Of a DNA stretch of 64,000 bases, positions 1 through 8,831 are shown one piece after another. The notes beneath the pieces were generated by a model that was not told where the DNA came from, did not search any database, and was given only the letters and a program-made list of their open reading frames with translations. Position 1 is the stretch's first letter. Each line of letters opens with the position of its first letter. The stretch is from sequence record NC_070957.1. One strand, given 5' to 3'. Position numbers and translations under genes: made by a program.

Positions 1-8
1 CAAACTAG

Positions 9-34
9 AGGAGGGGCCGAAAGGTCCTTCCTCT
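9..34 (+). terminator. Terminator-like hairpin upstream of terminase
   Basis: GAGGAGGGGCC-GAAA-GGTCCTTCCTC followed by AT-rich tract. Confidence 0.6.
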
Positions 35-99
35 ATATTTATGTTCTGTTCTGCCTGACTAGCTGAATCCTATGTATCCACTATAACAGGTATAACTTT

Positions 100-3000
100 A
101 TGTCTGATGAAAAGTTGGGCATCGCTAAACAGGTATTGTCTCATTTGGGAATAGAGCCAGAGCAACTTCCCGAATATATGTTCGACGATAAAACCAAGCG
201 AACCCCATTAACTAATTTGGACGAACGTATTCTGTCTCATTATGACGAAGAGTCACTGTGGACAATGAAGACAGTTCGTTTCCTTAAAGACTTCTCTAGG
301 TTTAACGCAGGTGTTCACCTCGAGACCAATAACGCCACGTTCTTGCGTACCGCTGAGCTATTCAGGAACATGGGTATTAAGAACTATTACTTCCTTCTTC
401 AAATCAACAACCCTTTGTTGAAGGACGTTAACCCGTGGGATCCTGATCTCACAGACGAACAGAAACTGATGGTTCTTCAAGAAGCCCAGGAGAACGTTTG
501 GTACATTGTTCGTGAGTTGATTAAGATCGACGGTCGTCGTTTCCGTGCTAACCGTGCGGTCATCTCCTTTATATGGAGCTGTCTCAACCACCTTCCAACA
601 CTTATCTTGATGCCTCGTCAGAGTGGTAAGGATCAGGATGGTGAAACGGAAGTTCTCCGTCCGGATGGCAAATGGACAAAGATCAAAGATCTTAAAGTCG
701 GTGATGAGGTGTTGGCTCGTGACGGCACAATTGCCAACATAACAGGCTTCTACCCACAGGGTGAGCAAGTCAGTTATGAGATCGAGTTCATCGATGGCCG
801 TAAAACAAAAGCTGGTAGTGAACATCTCTGGACGATGTGGGATCCAAAGAAGAAGGGTTGGGTCGTCAGGGATACCGAGCACATTAAGGAACGTTTGGAT
901 AAGAATGAAGAAGGACTTTCCATTCCTCTCCCTCTTGAAGATCGTATCACCAAGAACAAGGACTACGTTCTTCATCCTTATGTCCAAGGTGTTTTATTTA
1001 CAGCCGGTGATAAGTCTGGGTTAACATTCAAAACTGAAAAGAATGATGTCGTAGCCAGGGTTAAGAAACTCCTTACTCGTGGTTGGATTGTTACCAGTGA
1101 TGGTGATCAACACACCATCTCCATGAGGACTGATTACGACCCTACAGTTCACCGTAATGTCAAACAAGCGATGCGTGATTTCGGTATCGCGGATGTTTCC
1201 CCTAAAGACAGAGCAGTTCCGAAAGAGATCATGGAAGGTTCCCACCATGATCGCAAAATGTTCATTCGTGGCATCATGGATGTTGATGGTCATATCGAGC
1301 GTGGCGGTAGTGTTTATTACGCTAGTGCTGGTGAGAAACCATCTGAAACTGTACAACGGTTGTTCTGGTCTATTGGTGCCATCTGTAAGGTCACCAAACG
1401 CGGATACAAGGTTAACGGGGATGAACCTGGCGAACGTATCACTCGTTACTCATATCGTCTCAGAGTGCGTTACACGGAGCCTGGTGAGCTGTTCCTTGTT
1501 GATGATCGCAGTCTGGTTGTATCGGCGAGGGCATTGCAATACAACAGCAAGCTTTCCTTTAAATCCATCACTAAGGAAAAGAAGCTTAAACAAAGTTATT
1601 GCATCGAACTTGACCATCCTGAAAACTTATACATAACCGACAACTGGATTGTGACACACAACACAGTTGGGATGCAGGTAATGGCATTCATCATGCAGTA
1701 CCTCATCGGTCGTGGATTCAAGGCAGGTCTGATCACCCTGGCTGCATCAAACCGTATGCAGTTTGTTAACGCCATGAAGAAGATCCGTGCCGGTCTTCCT
1801 GAGTACTTGGTGAACGTCACCTATAAGGATAATGACGCCGGTAACATTTTGACCTATCAGGCGTACGGTGCTGAGAATAAGAACACATTCGAAGTCCGTG
1901 TACCTTCTGGTGGTGAAGATGGTGCTGAGAACGTGTCTCGTGGTAGTACGTTTGAAATGCTGCTCTATGACGAGCCGGCGTGGATGAAGTACATCGAAAA
2001 TATCATGAACGGTGCCGGTCCTTCTACGTTGACCGCTCAAAAGAACGCTAGAGAAAAGGGCATCCCTTACTTCACTGCCAAGGCTACAACGCCAAACAGT
2101 ATCCTGAAGGAAGAAGGGAAGTACATGTATGGTGAAATGAAGAAAGCGACAGAGTGGCGTGAAAACTTCTTTGACAGCTATTCTGAATCTCACTTGCTGC
2201 AACGTGTCACCAAGGCTTCACCCGTCAGTACGACTCAACCACACATCTGTATGCAGTTTAACCACCTTCAACTTGGTTTTGGTAAAGACTGGGTTAAGGA
2301 GACTATGGATAAGCTTTCGCTTTCCTGGTCTAAGGCAAAGATTGACTTGTTGATGATGTGGACCGAGGAAGGGAAGAACAAGGTATTCGATGATAAAGTT
2401 CGGGAGCAACTCGCAAACGTTAAACAGGAACCTCTGTGGAACGAAGAAATTGCCAACACTGGTCTATTCATAGACTGGTATTACAGCAATGAGCGACTCA
2501 ATGAATTCTTCACCGATCCTACTGAATTCTTCTTGATGGGGATGGATACGTCCGATGCGGTAGACCGAGATGCGTGTACGTTGATTATACGGCGAATGAA
2601 GACTGGTGAGAACATTGGGATAGGTCGTTATCCCCGTGCGTTCCTGGACGACGTGACGACGGTTCTGAGGGAGATGATAGTGCGGATTGAAAACAGTCTG
2701 CTGATTATCGAACGTAACCGTGCAGTTGACATGATCGATAAGTTGCTTCTTACTCTTCCAGCTCTCGACATTGATCCTTTCAAACGTATCTTCAATGATG
2801 TCTATCAAGATCCCGTGAAGTTCCGTAACGAATGGAAGGATGTTCAGGAGGTTCATTTCAAGTACCGTACTAAAGAGTTCTATCTGAAATACAAGGAACG
2901 TTTTGGCTTCAGGACAGGACCCTCGACACGACGTCAAATGTACGACTTCCTTCATGAAGCGGTTAACTCCACTGGTGCTGGGTTGCGACACCCAATGCTT

Positions 3001-3441
3001 GCTGATGAACTTATCGGACTTGAAACAGATAACGACGGTCGCATTGACCACAGTAAAAAGGGTAACGATGACTTGGTCATCGCCTGGCTACTGACGTTCT
3101 GGTTCATTAAGTTGGGGTATAACAAATCTCTTTATGGAATACCTCCAGGTCAGACGCTTATTCAGCTGACGACATTGGTTAACGATCCCGATAAGGAAGG
3201 GTTTACCAAAGACCAACTTGAGTTGTTCATCAGAATCAAGGATCGTATTGAAGAACTCAGTAAAGAACTTGAAGACACCGATAACGATATTGTTGCCAGA
3301 CGTATAGAACTTGAGATTCGTAAGCTGGGTGAATACATCCCACGCGAACTCAGGAAGACTATCACGATTGATGAGATTCTTTCTAACGCTAGTAAAGAAC
3401 GGAACAAACGTGGTCTGGATAAACGATTCGGACGAGTATAA
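100..3441 (+). CDS. terL: Terminase large subunit (phiKZ-like) containing an intein
   Basis: Walker A PRQSGK|T interrupted by intein; Walker B LLYDE; nuclease-domain motifs MGMDTSD and NDDLVIAW. Confidence 0.9.
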   Translation: MSDEKLGIAKQVLSHLGIEPEQLPEYMFDDKTKRTPLTNLDERILSHYDEESLWTMKTVRFLKDFSRFNAGVHLETNNATFLRTAELFRNMGIKNYYFLLQINNPLLKDVNPWDPDLTDEQKLMVLQEAQENVWYIVRELIKIDGRRFRANRAVISFIWSCLNHLPTLILMPRQSGKDQDGETEVLRPDGKWTKIKDLKVGDEVLARDGTIANITGFYPQGEQVSYEIEFIDGRKTKAGSEHLWTMWDPKKKGWVVRDTEHIKERLDKNEEGLSIPLPLEDRITKNKDYVLHPYVQGVLFTAGDKSGLTFKTEKNDVVARVKKLLTRGWIVTSDGDQHTISMRTDYDPTVHRNVKQAMRDFGIADVSPKDRAVPKEIMEGSHHDRKMFIRGIMDVDGHIERGGSVYYASAGEKPSETVQRLFWSIGAICKVTKRGYKVNGDEPGERITRYSYRLRVRYTEPGELFLVDDRSLVVSARALQYNSKLSFKSITKEKKLKQSYCIELDHPENLYITDNWIVTHNTVGMQVMAFIMQYLIGRGFKAGLITLAASNRMQFVNAMKKIRAGLPEYLVNVTYKDNDAGNILTYQAYGAENKNTFEVRVPSGGEDGAENVSRGSTFEMLLYDEPAWMKYIENIMNGAGPSTLTAQKNAREKGIPYFTAKATTPNSILKEEGKYMYGEMKKATEWRENFFDSYSESHLLQRVTKASPVSTTQPHICMQFNHLQLGFGKDWVKETMDKLSLSWSKAKIDLLMMWTEEGKNKVFDDKVREQLANVKQEPLWNEEIANTGLFIDWYYSNERLNEFFTDPTEFFLMGMDTSDAVDRDACTLIIRRMKTGENIGIGRYPRAFLDDVTTVLREMIVRIENSLLIIERNRAVDMIDKLLLTLPALDIDPFKRIFNDVYQDPVKFRNEWKDVQEVHFKYRTKEFYLKYKERFGFRTGPSTRRQMYDFLHEAVNSTGAGLRHPMLADELIGLETDNDGRIDHSKKGNDDLVIAWLLTFWFIKLGYNKSLYGIPPGQTLIQLTTLVNDPDKEGFTKDQLELFIRIKDRIEELSKELEDTDNDIVARRIELEIRKLGEYIPRELRKTITIDEILSNASKERNKRGLDKRFGRV
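631..1662 (+). mobile_element. 344-aa intein with LAGLIDADG homing endonuclease, class 3 (WCT) type
   Basis: Starts DQDGETEVLRPDG, block B GSEHLW, FIRGIMDVDG endonuclease motif, block F SYCIEL, ends IVTHN before +1 Thr; removal restores RQSGKTVG. Confidence 0.92.
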
Positions 3442-3448
3442 ACATAAG

Positions 3449-3481
3449 ACCCCTACCCCATCCTTTCGGAGGGGTAGGGGT
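3449..3481 (+). terminator. Hairpin terminator after terL
   Basis: ACCCCTACCCC...GGGGTAGGGGT followed by TTTAT. Confidence 0.75.
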
Positions 3482-3492
3482 TTATGCACTTC

Positions 3493-3526
3493 ATTTTATT
3501 TCAAACCGATATTACTTAGTTGATAA
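3493..3526 (+). promoter_or_regulatory. Putative phage-RNAP promoter, identical to 63890-63923
   Basis: 34-bp exact repeat containing GATATTAC-TTAG-TTGATA; resembles phiKZ early TATATTAC motif. Confidence 0.7.
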
Positions 3527-3591
3527 GCCATGTCGGTTTATTGTCAGTTGTTACAGCAACTGACATCACCCTTCAACTCTAGGAGTACTAC

Positions 3592-3735
3592 ATGTACACT
3601 ACGATCAAACTTAAACCTCAAAACGGCGGCCAGAAATCCGCTGAAGAGAGGCGTAACGAGATGAGACAATACGCTCAATCTCAATTTCCAGGAATGGTTG
3701 TAACCAAAGCGTACACACCCAGTCCTTCTGCATAA
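3592..3735 (+). CDS. 47-aa hypothetical protein (not in ORF track)
   Basis: AGGAG SD, ATG; MYTTIKLKPQNGGQKSAEERRNEMRQYAQSQFPGMVVTKAYTPSPSA; own promoter and terminator. Confidence 0.7.
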   Translation: MYTTIKLKPQNGGQKSAEERRNEMRQYAQSQFPGMVVTKAYTPSPSA

Positions 3736-3756
3736 TATAACTATTATGCGTAAATA

Positions 3757-3785
3757 AATACCCACCTCCATTGGAGGTGGGTATT
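3757..3785. terminator. Bidirectional terminator between convergent genes
   Basis: AATACCCACCTCCA-T-TGGAGGTGGGTATT perfect inverted repeat. Confidence 0.7.
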
Positions 3786-3804
3786 ACAACCAGATCTATT
3801 TTTT

Positions 3805-4497
3805 TTATGCAAAATACATTGCGGCTTTTGCTTGTTTCTGCATGTCGGTCATTTTGTTCCGTTTCTTGGTGATTGCGCATTTGGAACTCTTCTGGAGTTT
3901 CAGAATAGTTTCAACGTTGTGCTGATCTTCGGAAAGGATATGGACGACCGTGTCGGATGTTTCTTCGAGATACTTGAGTGCTTTCTTGTACTTGGTGCGA
4001 TAGCTCTCGAATACGGCTTTATCCAGGAACATGCGGTCCTTGGCATCAACTGGTCGACCACTGGCTTCTACATCGTTGAAACGTTTCACGAACGTCTCGT
4101 GAGTGATATCAACGAAGAAGATAATGTCGGGGTTGATGTTGTACCCGTAGGTTTGCAGCAGGCGACGGTTGTATTCCAGTACTTCTACCATACTCACAGC
4201 GTCATCGGATTGATACACCATGGAAGACACCACGTTGCGATCAGAGATGACATCACGGCTATGTGAAAGGTACGGATGGATGACCTGCTTAAAAGCTTCA
4301 ACACGAGCTACTGCGTAACCCTGGATCTCTTCATCCTTGGTCAGCGTGTTGGATACCAGCTTTTCTTTCAGTGCTTTGAAGGACGGAGAACCGGTAAAGG
4401 GTTCCATCACTTGTTTGGCTTTGGTGTGCTTGGCGTGCGCATTTGCCAGTGTGGATTTACCTGCGAAATCCAGACCTTCATAGACTATGTAACTCAC
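3805..4497 (-). CDS. tmk: Thymidylate kinase
   Basis: YEGLDFAGKST P-loop, MEP, DRNVVSSMVYQ, PDIIFFVD. Confidence 0.9.
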   Translation of the reverse strand: MSYIVYEGLDFAGKSTLANAHAKHTKAKQVMEPFTGSPSFKALKEKLVSNTLTKDEEIQGYAVARVEAFKQVIHPYLSHSRDVISDRNVVSSMVYQSDDAVSMVEVLEYNRRLLQTYGYNINPDIIFFVDITHETFVKRFNDVEASGRPVDAKDRMFLDKAVFESYRTKYKKALKYLEETSDTVVHILSEDQHNVETILKLQKSSKCAITKKRNKMTDMQKQAKAAMYFA

Positions 4498-5990
4498 TTG
4501 TAATACTCCAGGGTTAAAGTTCGAATAACGATGTACAGCATCAGTGCTGTGCGGAGACTAGAGACTGTGTATTGAGTACGAATACCAGTCATAGCACGGA
4601 TGATTTCATCACCATTACGGCGAAGTTTGTGTAACAGGGCGTTGGAAGACTTGTTGGATGTATAAGCACCACGCAGCTTATAAACCACGTTCTTCAAATC
4701 GGTGTGACGGATTGAGTTGGAAGAGAGATATTCAAAAAGATGTATGACGCAGTCGTCAACAAATTCTCGATAGTCTTCACCCTTCTTGTGATTGTACTGT
4801 GCGGGGAAATCACGAATGACCATCGTGAGCTTATCCTCGAACTGAGTACTGGTTCTCGAATCATCAACGGCGCGCGCTGCGTAACCAACCAGTTCTTGCT
4901 TGTAGAAACTGGTTCCGTCGTTAACAACACCATTGATGTAGTTACGATACTTGTTTACGTGCTTTTGCACATCTTTGATATTGACTTCACCGTCCATCAT
5001 GGCGAGTCCATTATCAGTCGCTACCAGGTCAACGTTATCTTTGATTTCATAGAGGACTTTGGTGTAATCGTTGATAACACCTTTGAGCCGTGACTCCATG
5101 TCATTCACCATGTAAACAATGCGTTTGTCATCGTTCAACTTAGTGAATGTATCAAAGTGAATACCTGTCTTGGGATTGATAACGAATTCCCCACGAGCTT
5201 TGAAGAGTTCGTTCCAACTACCGAACCGCTTGATATCAAACTTCATGGAAAGTTTGTTGTACGCGGTTTGGGCAACACTGGGTTTAACCAGGTAACTGAA
5301 GTAGTGGTTCATGATGGAAGTCATGATCCGATAATGGAACAACATCACCAGGTTGATCAGTGCTTCGTCCTTCATATTCTTGGGAAGGTTAGAAACCCAG
5401 ACCTTGTGCATCAAGTAAACGATGGACAGGTTAAAAGCATCGGATGATACTTTAAAGTCTTTGTTTACCCAGCGAGTCCTGATCAGTTCATCACGAAGTC
5501 TGACTTCGTCAACATCAATGATGTCAGAGAAGAAGTTGTTACGATCCGCTGTTTTGAAGACGATTCGGTGTGTCCCCAAATAAGGTGTTCCGAAGAACTC
5601 GGTGTGATCGTTATCTTTGGTGGCGAAGCCGTAAACAAAGCGACGGAGTTTACTCACCCAACGCTGATCGATTACCAGGTCTTCCACGAGACCGTCAAAG
5701 ATGTCCTTGACTGCGTTATCTCGGTCATAGACAAAGTTAGGCGAAAGCGCTTCGAACCCTGTCATGTATTCGATGTTGTCGAGGTACGACTCCATACCAC
5801 CGTACTGGGTGAGTCTGACTTCTGGACCAAACAAGGTCTCAGGTTCAAACTCTTCCATTCCTGTCAGGATTTGTTCGTCCTGACGCATGGCGCGCATCAT
5901 CTGTTCGTAGTCACTCAGTTCCGTACCATCGGCATGCTGAGGACCTATCAGACGGAACTTAACTGCCCCGCCAGTGATACCATTGTACAT
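4494..5990 (-). CDS. Conserved phiKZ-like virion structural protein
   Basis: 498 aa; resembles recalled phiKZ-group virion proteins (DHTEFFG..LG.HR..F); N-terminal G-x-E motifs. Confidence 0.6.
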   Translation of the reverse strand: MYNGITGGAVKFRLIGPQHADGTELSDYEQMMRAMRQDEQILTGMEEFEPETLFGPEVRLTQYGGMESYLDNIEYMTGFEALSPNFVYDRDNAVKDIFDGLVEDLVIDQRWVSKLRRFVYGFATKDNDHTEFFGTPYLGTHRIVFKTADRNNFFSDIIDVDEVRLRDELIRTRWVNKDFKVSSDAFNLSIVYLMHKVWVSNLPKNMKDEALINLVMLFHYRIMTSIMNHYFSYLVKPSVAQTAYNKLSMKFDIKRFGSWNELFKARGEFVINPKTGIHFDTFTKLNDDKRIVYMVNDMESRLKGVINDYTKVLYEIKDNVDLVATDNGLAMMDGEVNIKDVQKHVNKYRNYINGVVNDGTSFYKQELVGYAARAVDDSRTSTQFEDKLTMVIRDFPAQYNHKKGEDYREFVDDCVIHLFEYLSSNSIRHTDLKNVVYKLRGAYTSNKSSNALLHKLRRNGDEIIRAMTGIRTQYTVSSLRTALMLYIVIRTLTLEYYK

Positions 5991-6007
5991 ATTCCTACCT
6001 ACTTTTA

Positions 6008-6856
6008 TTAGCGCTTACGAGGAACAAGCATACGGATCTGATCAGCCACCCCTTTGGGATCTGCATAAGCCAGATACTTCTTGATCTCATCCTCGAAGAA
6101 CATACGGAATTCATTATGGGCGTCTGCGTAACCCTGGATGTCATCCTGGAGTTCGTTAACGCTCACACCAAACTTGGCAACAGCCTCTTGCATCCCTCGC
6201 CGACAGTTGCGGTAGATGTACGCCTTTGTGGCCAGTACACACAGGTATGCAAACTGATCGTACATTTTTGGTGGGATGATTGAGAAGTGCTCGTCGTAGC
6301 TAAGGATTACTTTAGCCAGCATGTTGAACAGTGCCGATCCTGCGTCACGGATAAGGAACGAGTTGTTACCCACCATGGTAAATGACGTGAATGTCCGCTG
6401 AACGTTACTATCGTCCAAAGCAGAGATCATACGGTTTACCGCAGAGCCCATCGATCCGCCACCACCGCACTGAGGACCTGCAACCAGGTTATAACCGTTG
6501 CTTATCATGGAATTCAAATTACCAGGATAAACCTCGATCACTGAGAGGATGCGTCGACCCCCAGTAAGGAAGTCAGGAACATTGACGTGAACGATACCGC
6601 CTTCCAGGTTCTGTACTTGTGCAGAGCTCAGATCAATGGTGCTAGTTTCACCACCTGCAACGTTAAGAAGTGGAGCGACCATTTTCAGTATCACCTTTTC
6701 CCGGATACCTTGTTCAATAGAGAACTCGGTGTTGATCGGACCCCAGGAATGTCCGTACCCTTTATTAGGGTTGTCAAAGGCGATTTCCAACAAGTAAGGC
6801 GAAATGTCGTTAACGCCGTTTACCACGTTGTCGATCGCAAAATCGACCATATTCAT
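6008..6856 (-). CDS. Conserved phiKZ-like virion structural protein
   Basis: Start moved to MNMVDF (AGAGGG SD); FSIEQGIREKVI..V...LNVAGG motif. Confidence 0.55.
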   Translation of the reverse strand: MNMVDFAIDNVVNGVNDISPYLLEIAFDNPNKGYGHSWGPINTEFSIEQGIREKVILKMVAPLLNVAGGETSTIDLSSAQVQNLEGGIVHVNVPDFLTGGRRILSVIEVYPGNLNSMISNGYNLVAGPQCGGGGSMGSAVNRMISALDDSNVQRTFTSFTMVGNNSFLIRDAGSALFNMLAKVILSYDEHFSIIPPKMYDQFAYLCVLATKAYIYRNCRRGMQEAVAKFGVSVNELQDDIQGYADAHNEFRMFFEDEIKKYLAYADPKGVADQIRMLVPRKR

Positions 6857-6959
6857 GTTAAACCCTCTTGTCATTAGCTGAATACAAAAGATCGTTAAAC
6901 GGCATAAACCCACTACCCCAACTAAGGAGGTAGTGAGTTCATAATATTTGACCTTGCGA

Positions 6960-7418
6960 TTACGAGAAGTCTCGGATTTCTTCCCATGCTTTACCGTACT
7001 TATTCAGTACGTAGTTGATGTAGAAAACACCGAAGAGGAAAGTGAGTATGGGGTTCACCTTGACCTCACCTTCGCCACCTGTTTTACCCAGGTTCAGTAT
7101 AGCCCGTCGGGCACTGAATGCAAAGATAATCATGGCGATGCAGTACATCAGGGATACGATCATCCCAAGGACCATCATGATCCTGGAGAACTCATCAGCT
7201 TCGCCGAGACCGGTCATCCAGGTAGAGATCCCATAGAGCGCTGCTGCGGTGTACAGGAACGCGCCTGAGAGCACTCGTTCATTACTCTGCTCACTTACGT
7301 GAGACTGGAGCTTGTACGCCCACATGAGGTTGTACGCACCCAGAGAGACGACAGAGAGAAAGACCATCAACCAGGTGCTGATCTTCATACGGGTTTGGAT
7401 CATAGAAATCATGAACAT
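6960..7418 (-). CDS. Multi-pass membrane protein
   Basis: Four hydrophobic segments, AAGGA SD, FFGVFYINY-type C-terminus. Confidence 0.65.
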   Translation of the reverse strand: MFMISMIQTRMKISTWLMVFLSVVSLGAYNLMWAYKLQSHVSEQSNERVLSGAFLYTAAALYGISTWMTGLGEADEFSRIMMVLGMIVSLMYCIAMIIFAFSARRAILNLGKTGGEGEVKVNPILTFLFGVFYINYVLNKYGKAWEEIRDFS

Positions 7419-7489
7419 TTCATTTCCTTAAAAGTTAGTAAGTTGCAATATATTAACCTTTGGGTAATTTTTAATAGAACATAATAAAA

Positions 7490-7521
7490 GCCTCTACTCT
7501 CCGGTTAGGGAGAGTAGAGGC
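7490..7521 (-). terminator. Intrinsic terminator closing the minus-strand RNA island
   Basis: GCCTCTACTCTCC/GGAGAGTAGAGGC stem, followed by TTTTATT on the minus strand. Confidence 0.8.
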
Positions 7522-7524
7522 GAT

Positions 7525-8387
7525 TACTGACGTGTACTACCTTCCCATTACTCACTCACTTCCCGATTATAGATCCGGCCAAAGACCTTATCGGGATCAA
7601 GAGAGTAATAGGCTGATAGCAAGTACGTGAGGGGTTCCAAACGGAAACCGTCACTTCTACCAACTTCCATGCAGAGCAAGCATGGCGGACCGTTCGACTT
7701 CGTTATTAAGGTGCTCTCTGAAGTATAGTCCCCTCAGCTACCCGCCGCGGCCTCAGCCGGGGGTTTTTGCTAAGGGCATCAGCCTTATATAACGTCGTCA
7801 CTGTACTGGCACTAACGAATAGAACCATCGGCGCACGGTTAGGGTACCTACGTGACTCGCGTCCGTTGGGACGGGAGATGGAACTTCCTTATAAAGGAAG
7901 AAAGGGTTTTGAACCCAGGATGCCCTGATCCATTGTAATAGACCATCGCTTCACTCCTTTCATTAGAACCTAGCATGCCTTTTCGGCCAAAATGGTTCAT
8001 CAGAGTTACTGTATATGGGAACTGTTCCGTGGGTTCAAAAAGGTATCCCGGACAATGACTAAGTAACCACACTCCACCCCATCAGCGCAAGCTAATGTAA
8101 GGTACGTCACTATCCAGGGAATAGGGCCGAGAACACGCTGTCTTTTAGAAGGATCGCTTTTGAGTGGTAAGTTCACTCATCTACTGCCAACCGACTTCCC
8201 CGTAGGGCTTCGTCTTAACTAACGTGTCTCGGTGATTCGTACTAGTATCTATCTGGTATGTTTGACACCTTGGGTATCATGGCAAACAGCCTAGGATTAA
8301 CCTATGTACAAATATAGTTGAGAGTGTAAGTAAGAAACACGGTAACAGGAGGCGGAGAAACCGTATGAATACACTTACACCCTCAAA
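7525..8387 (-). ncRNA. Candidate large structured ncRNA (~860 nt)
   Basis: No credible ORF; many local and long-range helices; A-C mismatches on + become G-U pairs on -; lies downstream of tRNAs and before a terminator. Confidence 0.6.
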
Positions 8388-8466
8388 GGGTGAGAACTCC
8401 TGGAATCGAACCAGGGCAATCCCGCGATGGGTTGTGCGGGCGACTTTCCTTTCGTCTTCAGTTCTC
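8388..8466 (-). ncRNA. tRNA-like element with aberrant anticodon arm
   Basis: Acceptor GAGAACT/AGTTCTC, T-arm CCTGG-TTCGATT-CCAGG, 10-nt anticodon loop, 3' ACCC rather than CCA. Confidence 0.7.
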
Positions 8467-8468
8467 GT

Positions 8469-8732
8469 TTACAGTTCGATGTCGAAAGACATCACTTCTT
8501 GTTCTTCGGTCAACTTGGTGTTAAGATCGTCAAAGCCACCAACGTGTTCATCATCCAGGAAGATCTGGGGAACTGTTGTGACTTGTCGACCACACAATTG
8601 ACTGAGTTGTGTTGTGTCGATTCCGGAAGACTTGATATCGATATATTCGAACGCGATACCTTTATCTTCGAGAAGCTCTTTTGCCTTTACACAGTAAGGG
8701 CAATTATCCTTTCCATAAACTTTGGCTTTCAT
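8469..8732 (-). CDS. Glutaredoxin
   Basis: CPYC active site, TVPQIF, GGFDDL. Confidence 0.92.
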   Translation of the reverse strand: MKAKVYGKDNCPYCVKAKELLEDKGIAFEYIDIKSSGIDTTQLSQLCGRQVTTVPQIFLDDEHVGGFDDLNTKLTEEQEVMSFDIEL

Positions 8733-8755
8733 GGTGTTTCTCTACGGACTTAAAA

Positions 8756-8831
8756 TGGCAGGCAAGCAAGGATTCGAACCTTGGACATCTGGTTTTGGAG
8801 ACCAGCGCTCTACCAACTGAGCTACTCACCT
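8756..8831 (-). tRNA. trnW: tRNA-Trp(CCA)
   Basis: Cloverleaf, loop CTCCAAA, GGTTCGAATCC, encoded CCA. Confidence 0.95.

Noticed and set aside
7981-8003. Hammerhead-like CUGAUGA...GAAA on the minus strand
   Set aside because: Stem II closing pair is A-C and no stem III with a UH cleavage site can be formed.
7848-8072. 74-aa minus-strand ORF within the ncRNA candidate
   Set aside because: Poorly spaced SD, atypical composition and overlap with many helices; translation cannot be fully excluded.
8756-8831. Possible stop-codon recoding or suppressor tRNA
   Set aside because: The anticodon is ordinary CCA and all core genes read through intact under the standard bacterial code.
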